64,000 nt of DNA, from IMG/VR virus record IMGVR_UViG_3300020362_000001; one strand, given 5' to 3'. Source of the stretch: an uncultured virus (IMG/VR IMGVR_UViG_3300020362_000001) (taxonomy: Duplodnaviria; Heunggongvirae; Uroviricota; Caudoviricetes). This document shows, piece by piece, positions 28,335 to 37,102 of this stretch. The translations under genes were made by a program, and so were the position numbers. The first letter of the stretch is position 1, and each line of letters begins with the position of its first letter. Below the pieces are notes generated by a model. It searched no databases and was not told where the DNA came from. It saw only the letters and a list, made by a program, of their open reading frames with translations.

Positions 28335-30030
28335 GACTGGATATAAAATAATACAAAATATAAATCAAATATTTGATAATGGTCCTGCATTTGGTGATGT
28401 AGTAGATAATAATTATACTGTAAATTTATCTACATCATCATTTTCATCATCAGTTGATGAGAAAACGTTTTATAATAGATCATTTAGTCCTATTGACTGT
28501 AAAGAAGGATTTAATACTCCTCCTGCTCCTATATTAACCAGTTTAGTTACGGGTTCACAAAGAGGATTTTTTAATCTTAGTTTTGTTTCTGAATCTTTTG
28601 AAAAAGGATATTTAAATATAACAGCTTCAGTATCACAAAAAGAAACATTTACTAATGCAGAAATATTTTCTTCTTCTGTAGCTAGTCCTTTACCTATAAG
28701 TTCCTCTTTTGTTAGTGGAACAGTATTTTTCAAAGCTGTACTATCGGGAAGTGGAACTAGTCCTGATCCATCCAATGATTCTGCACCCTTAAATTTTATA
28801 TATGATGAAATAATTAGACCAGAAACTAAAGGTAATGTTAGCATAAGATTTGTTAATAACTTATCTTCAGATATGGAGGTTGAAATTAAAAGTCTTAGAG
28901 GCAATAGTCTTAATTTTATTAGTGCCTCAGAAGTATTTACCTATGATTATAGTGATTGTCCAGTAACTGGTGCTTGGTGTTCTAAAGGTATATCACCTGA
29001 TTTAAATATTACAATAAAAGGTGGAGCTAATGGTTCAAGAGGTACATTTATACAAAGAAGTACTGAGGGTTCTAATAATTCTACTCATACATCTGGTTCA
29101 GGGTTTGCTAGTCCATTAATAGATTTAGATACTAGTAATACATTTACCCCCGATGAAGGAATTAACTTTACAATAAGACAGTTGGAATATCCAATAGATG
29201 ATACTACTACTACTTTTTCATTATTAGAAGTATTACCTACGGATTCGGGCTCAGCTAGTGTCACGGATCACACTTTAACACCAACTATAAGATTTGGTTC
29301 TGCCCCCTTAATATCACAAGATGCAGCATGTACAGATAGTAAAATTAACTTTAAAGAAAAAACTTATTTTCAATTAGGAGGACGTTTATATAATAGTAGA
29401 GCGGATGCTGAAACAAAAACTAAACCTAGTTTACCGTTTAAAACTAATTTTATACTAACAGGTGTTAGTACATTTTTAGAAGTAGATAGTGAAGGATATA
29501 TTCAAGCAGAAAAAACATGTAAATTACCTTCCTTTAATATTTTTACTCAAGATGGATCTTTTACAACACAAGAAAAAGCTTGTAAAAGACAAAAAAATAT
29601 AGCTGGAAGTGAAACTTTTACTAGTAAAGATAATAAATTAACTGGAGATGGTAGATTATTATCTGGTAGATTTCCTTTAAACAATGAAAGTAGAGGAGGA
29701 AGAAATATAATTTTAAGTGCGGGTAATATAGTAGGATTTGAGACTTGTGGAGGTGAATTAGAAACTCTAGAACTAAGCATTTATGGATATCCTTCTTCAT
29801 CATACCCATTTAACACCCCGGAATTAATTAATCCTGAAAAACTTGCAGTAGCATGTGGAGATGATACTTTTACTACGTATTATCAGGGTGATGAAGGTAT
29901 TTACTTTGGTAATACTGGTAGTTTAGCTTATGATTTAGTAGGAGATGGAGGTTATTATTACAAAAATACTTCAGATGAATTTTTATTATTATCAGAAGGT
30001 TTAATATTATCATCATCTAGTCCTTGTTAA
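28318..30030 (+). CDS. Virion/fibre-associated protein with spaced Cys modules
   Basis: 570 aa, Ser/Thr-rich, repeated ...AC...C modules in the C-terminal half. Confidence 0.6.
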   Translation: MIIMPKTGYKIIQNINQIFDNGPAFGDVVDNNYTVNLSTSSFSSSVDEKTFYNRSFSPIDCKEGFNTPPAPILTSLVTGSQRGFFNLSFVSESFEKGYLNITASVSQKETFTNAEIFSSSVASPLPISSSFVSGTVFFKAVLSGSGTSPDPSNDSAPLNFIYDEIIRPETKGNVSIRFVNNLSSDMEVEIKSLRGNSLNFISASEVFTYDYSDCPVTGAWCSKGISPDLNITIKGGANGSRGTFIQRSTEGSNNSTHTSGSGFASPLIDLDTSNTFTPDEGINFTIRQLEYPIDDTTTTFSLLEVLPTDSGSASVTDHTLTPTIRFGSAPLISQDAACTDSKINFKEKTYFQLGGRLYNSRADAETKTKPSLPFKTNFILTGVSTFLEVDSEGYIQAEKTCKLPSFNIFTQDGSFTTQEKACKRQKNIAGSETFTSKDNKLTGDGRLLSGRFPLNNESRGGRNIILSAGNIVGFETCGGELETLELSIYGYPSSSYPFNTPELINPEKLAVACGDDTFTTYYQGDEGIYFGNTGSLAYDLVGDGGYYYKNTSDEFLLLSEGLILSSSSPC

Positions 30031-30039
30031 TAGTTTATT

Positions 30040-30339
30040 ATGGCAATTACACCACAACAAAATAAAATAAAATTTAGAAACGAATACAGGGTATTTGAAA
30101 ATGAAATTATTTGTAAAATTTCAGATAATGAATTTAACATATCCCAAAATCCTTCTTTAACTACTGATAGCTCAGGTTCATTAAGACCTTTTGCAACTGG
30201 TTCAAAATTTAGATCCTATGTTACAACTATAGGTTTATATAATGAAGCTAATGAATTATTAATGGTAGGTAAATTAGGTCAACCCATACCAATGTCTAAT
30301 AATACTGATACTACCTTTATAATAAGATATGATCAGTAA
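30040..30339 (+). CDS. Stand-alone paralogue of the C-terminal domain of ORF 23610
   Basis: FNISQNPS...YVTTIGLYNEANELLMVGKLGQPIP versus FNYSTNPS...FITTVGLYNDANELLSVAKLSKPLV. Confidence 0.75.
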   Translation: MAITPQQNKIKFRNEYRVFENEIICKISDNEFNISQNPSLTTDSSGSLRPFATGSKFRSYVTTIGLYNEANELLMVGKLGQPIPMSNNTDTTFIIRYDQ

Positions 30340-30482
30340 TGAGCCATTTAAAAGAAAATAATACTACATATTGGAAACACTGGTTATTTGCTATGAAATT
30401 ATCCTTGGCTTTATTTATACATGCTTGGGTTCCTAATATTTTAAAAAATTACGCATCAGATAAAATTTGCAATAAAAAATAA
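30339..30482 (+). CDS. Small His-motif membrane protein (DUF6356-like, 47 aa)
   Basis: Hand-translated MSHLKENNTTYWKHWLFAMKLSLALFIHAWVPNIL...; coupled at both ends. Confidence 0.65.
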   Translation: MSHLKENNTTYWKHWLFAMKLSLALFIHAWVPNILKNYASDKICNKK

Positions 30483-30901
30483 TGTGGTTATATAAAGATA
30501 AGGTTATAAATTGTATTGATTTAATGCCAAGAGATACATTTGGTTTTATATATCAAGTGACATATCTTCCTACTAATGAAAAATATTTAGGAAAAAAATT
30601 TATATATTTTAGTAAAAAACTTCCTCCTTTAAAAGGATTCAAACGTAAAAGAAAAGTATCCGTTGAAAGTGATTGGAAAAAATATTATGGTAGTCATGAT
30701 AAAATCAAAACTTTACTAAAAGAAAATAAACATGACGATTTTAAAAGGGAAATTTTAGAATTTGCATTTAATAAAAAACATTTAACTTATTTAGAAACTA
30801 AATATTTGTTTACTAATAACGTGTTGGAAAATAACGAATATATTAACGATAACATATTAGGTAAATTTTTTAGAAAAGATTTGGTACAGCCAATAAATTA
30901 A
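30482..30901 (+). CDS. GIY-YIG-like nuclease
   Basis: GFIYQVT...KYLGKK, ESDWKKYYGS, FKREIL, YLE, YINDNI. Confidence 0.75.
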   Translation: MWLYKDKVINCIDLMPRDTFGFIYQVTYLPTNEKYLGKKFIYFSKKLPPLKGFKRKRKVSVESDWKKYYGSHDKIKTLLKENKHDDFKREILEFAFNKKHLTYLETKYLFTNNVLENNEYINDNILGKFFRKDLVQPIN

Positions 30902-30909
30902 CGTATATT
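30881..30909 (+). promoter_or_regulatory. Class A promoter TTGG-N17-CGTATATT
   Basis: Exact spacing; upstream of primase. Confidence 0.75.
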
Positions 30910-30932
30910 GTAATAAATTCGAGTTATCCTGC

Positions 30933-31862
30933 ATGGTTAATCAAATATTATTAGGATTAATAGAATCCGTTTTAGGTAAAAGTAATCCGACAGCACGAGG
31001 TAATCATGCCTTTAGTTGTCCCTTTTGTCATCATAAAAATCCCAAGTTAGAAATAAATTTAGTTCCAAATAAAAAGAATGAAAATTTATGGCATTGTTGG
31101 GTTTGTGATGCTAAAGGTAAAACATTATTTGGTTTATTTAAAAGGATAAAAGTAGCATCTGATAAGTTTATTCAATTAAAAGATATATTAGGTGTAACTG
31201 AAAAACATGATGTAGTAGTAGCAAATACTAAAGTTGAATTACCACTAGAATATAAACCATTATATAACCTTAACAAATCAGATATACATGCTAGACATGC
31301 TTTAGTTTATCTTAAAAAAAGAGGTTTAACTATGGTAGATATTTTAAAATATCAAATAGGATATTGTGAAAAAGGTAGATATGCCAATAAAATAATAATA
31401 CCTACTTATAATGCTGATGGAGTTTTAGATTATTTTGTAGCTCGTTCATTTGAAAAAGAACCATCTAGAAAATATGATGCACCATCCTCGGATAAAAATA
31501 TAATTGGATTTGAAAATATGATAAATTGGAATGTGCCTATAGTATTATGTGAAGGTGCATTTGATGCTATATCAATAAAAAGAAATGCTATACCATTATT
31601 TGGTAAAAACATATCTAAAAAATTAATGCAAAAATTAGTAACATCAGAAGTAAAAAAAGTTTATTTAGCATTAGATAGGGACGCTATTAAATCAACATTT
31701 AAAATAGCTGAACAACTTTTAAAAGCGGGTAAAAAATTATTTGTAGTGGATTTGGATGACAAAGATCCTTCCGATATGGGATTTGCTTTATTTACTAATA
31801 AAATACAAAAATCTCAAGAATTTACATTTTCTTCACTACTTAACTTGAAACTATCTATATGA
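30933..31862 (+). CDS. DNA primase
   Basis: CPFC...HCWVC zinc finger; TOPRIM motifs LCEGAFDA and LALDRDA; DKDPSD. Confidence 0.9.
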   Translation: MVNQILLGLIESVLGKSNPTARGNHAFSCPFCHHKNPKLEINLVPNKKNENLWHCWVCDAKGKTLFGLFKRIKVASDKFIQLKDILGVTEKHDVVVANTKVELPLEYKPLYNLNKSDIHARHALVYLKKRGLTMVDILKYQIGYCEKGRYANKIIIPTYNADGVLDYFVARSFEKEPSRKYDAPSSDKNIIGFENMINWNVPIVLCEGAFDAISIKRNAIPLFGKNISKKLMQKLVTSEVKKVYLALDRDAIKSTFKIAEQLLKAGKKLFVVDLDDKDPSDMGFALFTNKIQKSQEFTFSSLLNLKLSI

Positions 31863-32617
31863 TTTTACGTAAGGCTAATTTTCCTAAACAGGAACATAAC
31901 CGTGAATTTAAACAAATAACTACTAATGATTCCCGTTTTTATGAGGATGGGAAATTAACATATCCTTCAGTTACTTTTGTTTTATCCTATTATCCTAAGG
32001 GAAAACATTTTGAAGAATGGCTTAAAAAAGTAGGATATGCATCTGATTTCATAGTTAAAAAAGCAGCAGATGAGGGTACTTTAGTACATAATTTAATAGA
32101 ACAATATCTATTAGGTAAGAAAGTAGATTTAATGGAAAATGATAATCCTAAGTATGATATTAAAGTATGGAAAATGTTTTTACGTTTTGTAGAATTTTGG
32201 GAAACTACAAAAGCTGAATTAGTAGAAACAGAAGTATTCCTTTATTCTGATAGTCTTAACATAGCAGGAACATGCGATTTAGTATGCAAAATCAACGATA
32301 AACTATGGGTAATTGACGTAAAAACATCAAACCAACTACAGACTACGTATGATGTTCAAGCTGCCGTTTATTCGCGCTGTTTTGAAGAGTGTTATGATCA
32401 AAAAGTTGATAATGTTGGTATACTTTGGTTAAAATCACCTAAAAGAGGCCCTAAAAAAGGTAGTCTTCAAGGTAAAGGTTGGGAAGTTTACGAATCAAAA
32501 CGTACCCAAGACGAAAATTTAGAAATATACAAACATGTTAGGGCATTATTTGATTTAGAAAATCCAAATTTAAAACCTATTTCCGAAAAATGGCCTACTT
32601 CTGTGCAAAGACAGTAG
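31859..32617 (+). CDS. PD-(D/E)xK exonuclease
   Basis: YPSVT, GTLVH, AGTCDL, IDVKTS, Q..AY motifs. Confidence 0.85.
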   Translation: MILRKANFPKQEHNREFKQITTNDSRFYEDGKLTYPSVTFVLSYYPKGKHFEEWLKKVGYASDFIVKKAADEGTLVHNLIEQYLLGKKVDLMENDNPKYDIKVWKMFLRFVEFWETTKAELVETEVFLYSDSLNIAGTCDLVCKINDKLWVIDVKTSNQLQTTYDVQAAVYSRCFEECYDQKVDNVGILWLKSPKRGPKKGSLQGKGWEVYESKRTQDENLEIYKHVRALFDLENPNLKPISEKWPTSVQRQ

Positions 32618-32646
32618 GAATCCTCAATCTTCTTTCGTATATTTAT
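32615..32646 (+). promoter_or_regulatory. Class A promoter TAGG-N17-CGTATATTTAT (overlaps late motif)
   Basis: Exact spacing; heads the modular-protein block. Confidence 0.75.
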
Positions 32647-32662
32647 ATACAAAGTATACTAA

Positions 32663-33463
32663 ATGATTAGATTGCGTGATATCATATTAGAACAATCCAC
32701 TAACCCTAAGGCACTTATACTAGCTGGAGCTCCCGGAGCAGGAAAATCTTCATTTATAGAAGATGTAGATAATGCTCTAATTTTAAATGTAGATGATTAT
32801 TTCATAAGAAATTTAAAAGATGCAGGAGTATCTTTAGATCTAAAAAATGCGGATGCTGAAGCAAGAAGTAAAGCTGCTAAAGCAATGGCAGCTGCTAATA
32901 AAGAATTTAGACCTATTACTAGAGATATTATATTAGGTAAGAAAAATTTTATATTAGATGGTACTGCTGCTAGTTCAAGACCTACTTTAGCTTTAAAGAA
33001 AGAATTAGAGGATTTAGGTTATGATATTTTAATGGTTTATGTATTTTCTTCACTAGAAAAAGCTTTAGATAGAAATGAAACTCGTTTTCAAAGATCACAA
33101 GGTAAAGATAGAAGTTTATCTCCCGCTATTGTATTACGTACTTGGAACAGTATAACTCAAAATTACGATTTATATAAAAATGAGTTTGGAAATAATTTTG
33201 TTTCAGTTGTTAATGATAAAGCATTAAAAAAAGGAGAACCATTAAAGGATTTAAAAACATTAGTAGATAAGTATGTTGATCCCTACAAACCAACTGATAC
33301 TAAACCAAAAACGGATAAGGAAATAGAGCGATCTAAAAAAAGTAAACAAGAATTAAATAAACAAATTAATGACTTTATTAATTCTGATAAAGTAGAGGAT
33401 ATAAAATCCAATTCTGTATCTAAGGATGAAGCTAAATCAAGGGTAAAACAGTTTTTTTCATGA
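32663..33463 (+). CDS. P-loop kinase (zeta-toxin/Pnk-like) with capsid-targeting-like leader
   Basis: LAGAPGAGKS, NVDD, ILDGT, ALDRN..R; leader MIRLRDIILEQ. Confidence 0.8.
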   Translation: MIRLRDIILEQSTNPKALILAGAPGAGKSSFIEDVDNALILNVDDYFIRNLKDAGVSLDLKNADAEARSKAAKAMAAANKEFRPITRDIILGKKNFILDGTAASSRPTLALKKELEDLGYDILMVYVFSSLEKALDRNETRFQRSQGKDRSLSPAIVLRTWNSITQNYDLYKNEFGNNFVSVVNDKALKKGEPLKDLKTLVDKYVDPYKPTDTKPKTDKEIERSKKSKQELNKQINDFINSDKVEDIKSNSVSKDEAKSRVKQFFS

Positions 33464-35349
33464 ATCCAATAAAGATAGCAAAACAAATAGTTAAAAAACT
33501 ATTAGTAGAACAACTTACTGAAAAGGTATCTCTTTATCCTGGTGCTTTTAAACCACCTCATAGAGGTCATGTTGCTACTATTTTAAGATCTATAGATAAC
33601 GATACAGATAAAGTTATTGTTTTCATATCTACTAAAGAAAGAGAAGATGTTGATGTTGAGGAGGCAATTGAAGTTTGGAATTTATATAAATCTAAAATAC
33701 CAGAATTAGAAAAGGTAGAGATAGTACCTACTCCTACACCCGTTACGGCTGTATATGATTATGCTAAAGATAATCCTTCACATGATATTAGAGCCGTATT
33801 TGGTAAAGGAGAAGAATCTAGGTTTAAATCATTATTAAATAAAGAAAAATATCCTAATGTAGAAGTATTTGATGCAGGTGTAGAAGGTGATTTTTCAGCT
33901 ACCAATTTACGTCAAGCTATAAGGGATGACAATTTAGAAAAAATAAAACCATTTTTACCTGATGGTGTAAACATGGAAAGTTTTTTATTTATATTTAGAA
34001 AGTCCAATGAAGGTTTATACCCTAGATATGATTATAGAAAAGTAAGACAAGTAAGATATAAAGCATCTGATGTTAGAACTAATGATCCCGATGCTTTAGA
34101 AGAAGCCGATCCTAAAAAGGGTACTGGCAAAAAACCTAAAGGTAGTGGTAGAAGATTGTATACAGATGAAGATCCTACTGATACAGTAAAAGTAAAATTT
34201 AGTACTAGACAAGACATAGTAGATACTTTAAATAAAACTTCATTTAAAAATAAATCTCATGCTAGACAATCTCAGGTAATAAATTTAATACATCAAAGAG
34301 TAAGGGCAGCTTTAAGTAGAACTAAAGATCCACTAAAAAAAGCAAGATTAAAATCTGCCTTTGAATATATTAAAAAGCGTAAAGAGGCATCTAAAAAGAA
34401 AACACAAAGATTAAAAAAACAAAAAACTAATGAAGTTATAATTGATGGTATTTTAAAAGAAAAATTATGTAAAAGAGGTTATAATTATATTGCCTCGAGA
34501 AAAAGAAAAGGAGAAAAACATAATCCATTTTTAACTGCTAGAGCCGTAAAAGTTTGTAAAGGCCAAATGAGTGGGACAGATGGTAAACAAAAAAAGGATT
34601 TTAGACCTAAAAAAGGTAAAAAAAGATCTGCTCAAGGAGCTAAACCCGATATAGTTAAAGAAATAGGTGTAAAACTATCTAATTATAGTGGTCAAGTACT
34701 ACCTGGTGATGTAGTAAGAGCACCTAAGGGATTCCCTTTAGGAGGTAAAAAATTAGAAAAAGGATTACAATTAAAAGTAATTAAAAATAGTAGAGAAGGA
34801 GTTAATAGATATAAATTATCTTTAGAAGATCCTAAAACCGGGAAAAAATATTCTGTTAGAAATTTTCAAATGGATGGTGAATATAAAGGTGAAAAATTTC
34901 CTAAGTGGAGTATGGTTAGAAGATCAAAACAAAATATAAAAGAAAATAAATATCTACTTGAAGCTAGATATAAAAAATTTTTAAATGAAGCATGGGAAGA
35001 TGCTAAAGCTAGTGTAGTTAATGAATTTGTTAATTATTGCATGGAATATCTTTCAGTAGATCGTCCTAAATTAAAACTTATTAACTCTAAAGACTATGCT
35101 TATGAAAATCGTAGTTTAGGAGGTTATTCACCTTCTGAAAAAAAGATAATGGTTGTAGTACATAATAGAAATATGGCTGACATTTTAAGAACTATAGCTC
35201 ATGAAATGGTTCACCATATGCAAAATTTAGATAAAAGATTAACACCTACTTCTGGTGAGGATGGATCCCCAGATGAAAATGAAGCTAATTCATTGGCGGG
35301 TGTAATTATGAGGAAGTTCGGGAGGGACAATCCACAAATTTATGAATAA
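33460..35349 (+). CDS. Modular protein: HxGH nucleotidyltransferase, several small basic modules, zincin metallopeptidase
   Basis: YPGAFKPPHRGH...SATNLR; C-terminal LRTIAHEMVHHMQ...ENEAN. Confidence 0.8.
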   Translation: MNPIKIAKQIVKKLLVEQLTEKVSLYPGAFKPPHRGHVATILRSIDNDTDKVIVFISTKEREDVDVEEAIEVWNLYKSKIPELEKVEIVPTPTPVTAVYDYAKDNPSHDIRAVFGKGEESRFKSLLNKEKYPNVEVFDAGVEGDFSATNLRQAIRDDNLEKIKPFLPDGVNMESFLFIFRKSNEGLYPRYDYRKVRQVRYKASDVRTNDPDALEEADPKKGTGKKPKGSGRRLYTDEDPTDTVKVKFSTRQDIVDTLNKTSFKNKSHARQSQVINLIHQRVRAALSRTKDPLKKARLKSAFEYIKKRKEASKKKTQRLKKQKTNEVIIDGILKEKLCKRGYNYIASRKRKGEKHNPFLTARAVKVCKGQMSGTDGKQKKDFRPKKGKKRSAQGAKPDIVKEIGVKLSNYSGQVLPGDVVRAPKGFPLGGKKLEKGLQLKVIKNSREGVNRYKLSLEDPKTGKKYSVRNFQMDGEYKGEKFPKWSMVRRSKQNIKENKYLLEARYKKFLNEAWEDAKASVVNEFVNYCMEYLSVDRPKLKLINSKDYAYENRSLGGYSPSEKKIMVVVHNRNMADILRTIAHEMVHHMQNLDKRLTPTSGEDGSPDENEANSLAGVIMRKFGRDNPQIYE

Positions 35350-35893
35350 AATAAGAGGTACATTAATGGAGTTATTACAAGAAGATCTTGCTAAGGCATA
35401 TGATATTTTTCTTGATATGGACGGGGTTTTAACGGATTTTGAAAGACGTTTTGAACAATTTGCGGGTGTTACACCTGATGAATTTGAAGCTCAAAGGACA
35501 ATTCAAGTAGGCAAGAAAAAAGCTGATGAACAGTTTTGGAATTTAATAGATAAACAAATAGGTGTTCGTTTTTGGGCGGGCATGCCTTGGATGCCACAAG
35601 GAGAAGATTTATATAAACATGTCAAAAAATATAAACCAACCATTTTAACATCTCCTTCAAGAGATGAATCATCTAGGATTGGAAAAGGTGTATGGGTAAA
35701 AAGAAATATGCCGGGGGTACCAGTTAAATTTGGTTTTAAAGCAAGTGGTAAGGCTAAATTTGCCGGACCTAATAAAATTTTAATAGATGATAGAGCGGAT
35801 AATATATCCGCTTGGAAAGCCGCAGGAGGAATTGGTATATTATTTAAATCAACAGAACAAGTAAAAAACGAGTTATCTAAATTAGGGTTATGA
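35342..35893 (+). CDS. HAD-family phosphatase (5'(3')-nucleotidase-like)
   Basis: FLDMDGVLTDF, ILTSP, LIDDR, WKAAGGIGI. Confidence 0.85.
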   Translation: MNKIRGTLMELLQEDLAKAYDIFLDMDGVLTDFERRFEQFAGVTPDEFEAQRTIQVGKKKADEQFWNLIDKQIGVRFWAGMPWMPQGEDLYKHVKKYKPTILTSPSRDESSRIGKGVWVKRNMPGVPVKFGFKASGKAKFAGPNKILIDDRADNISAWKAAGGIGILFKSTEQVKNELSKLGL

Positions 35894-36462
35894 GTGAATC
35901 TCAATTAAATCGTGAATTTTCTAAACGTGACGTTCAGAGAATGCGTAATATAGTTACAGGTAATACTGCTAATCGTACTAGAGTTCAGGCTGGTTATGAA
36001 AAAGAATCTAAGGAATATACTGAAGGTGATATTTGGGAGGAAAATGGTAAACAATGGACTATAAAAGACGGTTTAAAACAAACCGTTACTAAACATGATA
36101 AGTTAAGAGAAATGGTAACTTTACCCTTAACATGTTCATGTGGTAAACCTATGAAGGCCAACAAATTAAATAGAAAAATGTGGGTTATTCATAAAAAATG
36201 TTTTAATTGTGTTATAGAACATGAAACACAATTAAGAGCTAATGGAGGTTATGAAGAATATAAAAAACAATTATTAAATTCTAACAAAGATACATTTGTT
36301 CATGAATATGAACAGGCAGTAAATGCATTTTTAAATGAAGGAGGTGACACATTTGTATCGGAAGCTGGGGATATTGAAAATTGGTCAAAAGCTAAAATTA
36401 ATCCCGAGGTAATCAAGGCATTAAAGGATAATATACAACGATTAAAAGAAATAGAGTTGTAA
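35890..36462 (+). CDS. Hypothetical protein with Cys cluster
   Basis: EGDIWEENGKQWTIKDG; CSCG...CFNC. Confidence 0.7.
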   Translation: MSESQLNREFSKRDVQRMRNIVTGNTANRTRVQAGYEKESKEYTEGDIWEENGKQWTIKDGLKQTVTKHDKLREMVTLPLTCSCGKPMKANKLNRKMWVIHKKCFNCVIEHETQLRANGGYEEYKKQLLNSNKDTFVHEYEQAVNAFLNEGGDTFVSEAGDIENWSKAKINPEVIKALKDNIQRLKEIEL

Positions 36463-36499
36463 TATCTTTATATATTTATTATGGAATAATTCTACAATC

Positions 36500-37099
36500 A
36501 TGAAAAAAACAGAACTTAAAAAAATTATCAAAGAAAACATTGCTGATTGGCTAGCTGAGCGCAGTCAGAATGAAGGAGATAGTGGATACATGGGATACAC
36601 TAAAAAAGCTCCTAAAATCAAAATGGAAGATCAAATTGGTGAAATGTATTATGTTTCTAGACCATCTAAAAAATCAACTATGGAAGAACTAGTTGGTAAA
36701 GGTGATGTATTTGAATTTGCATCTTTAGGTTTAACTAAAGAAGATGTATATGGTATTTACAAATCAGAAAATAAGGCAAATTCAGTAGCCGGAAAACTTA
36801 TTAAGGAAAGAGATGCTAAATTAAAAGAAACCTATAATATGGGTAAGAAAAAACTTAGCATGATGGAAACTTCAATTGATGAAATTAAAAAAGAAATTGA
36901 AGGTAAAATGTCTGAGGCAACGGCTAATCCAGATATGAGAGAATCTTTAACTGCCGAATCTAATAGTTTAATGGAAAAACTTTCTATGTTAGAAGCACAA
37001 GTTGAAAGATTAAGAGAAGCATTAGAACAAGAAGGATTACGTTTTGAGAAAAAAACTTCTAAAAAAGATAAAAAAGAAGACGAAAAAGAAGAAAAATAA
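36500..37099 (+). CDS. Coiled-coil protein with capsid-targeting-like leader
   Basis: MKKTELKKIIKE; ATATTTAT at 36472-36479. Confidence 0.7.
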   Translation: MKKTELKKIIKENIADWLAERSQNEGDSGYMGYTKKAPKIKMEDQIGEMYYVSRPSKKSTMEELVGKGDVFEFASLGLTKEDVYGIYKSENKANSVAGKLIKERDAKLKETYNMGKKKLSMMETSIDEIKKEIEGKMSEATANPDMRESLTAESNSLMEKLSMLEAQVERLREALEQEGLRFEKKTSKKDKKEDEKEEK

Positions 37100-37102
37100 T
37101 TT

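Noticed and set aside
30482..30901. Mobile homing endonuclease
   Set aside because: Short catalytic-domain-only protein with no DNA-binding tail and tight coupling to its neighbour; more likely a resident gene.
31859..32617. Cas4-like nuclease as evidence of CRISPR-Cas
   Set aside because: No array or other cas genes; it is an ordinary phage PD-(D/E)xK exonuclease next to primase.
32663..33463. Zeta toxin-antitoxin module
   Set aside because: No epsilon-like partner; the leader and gene context point to a different role.
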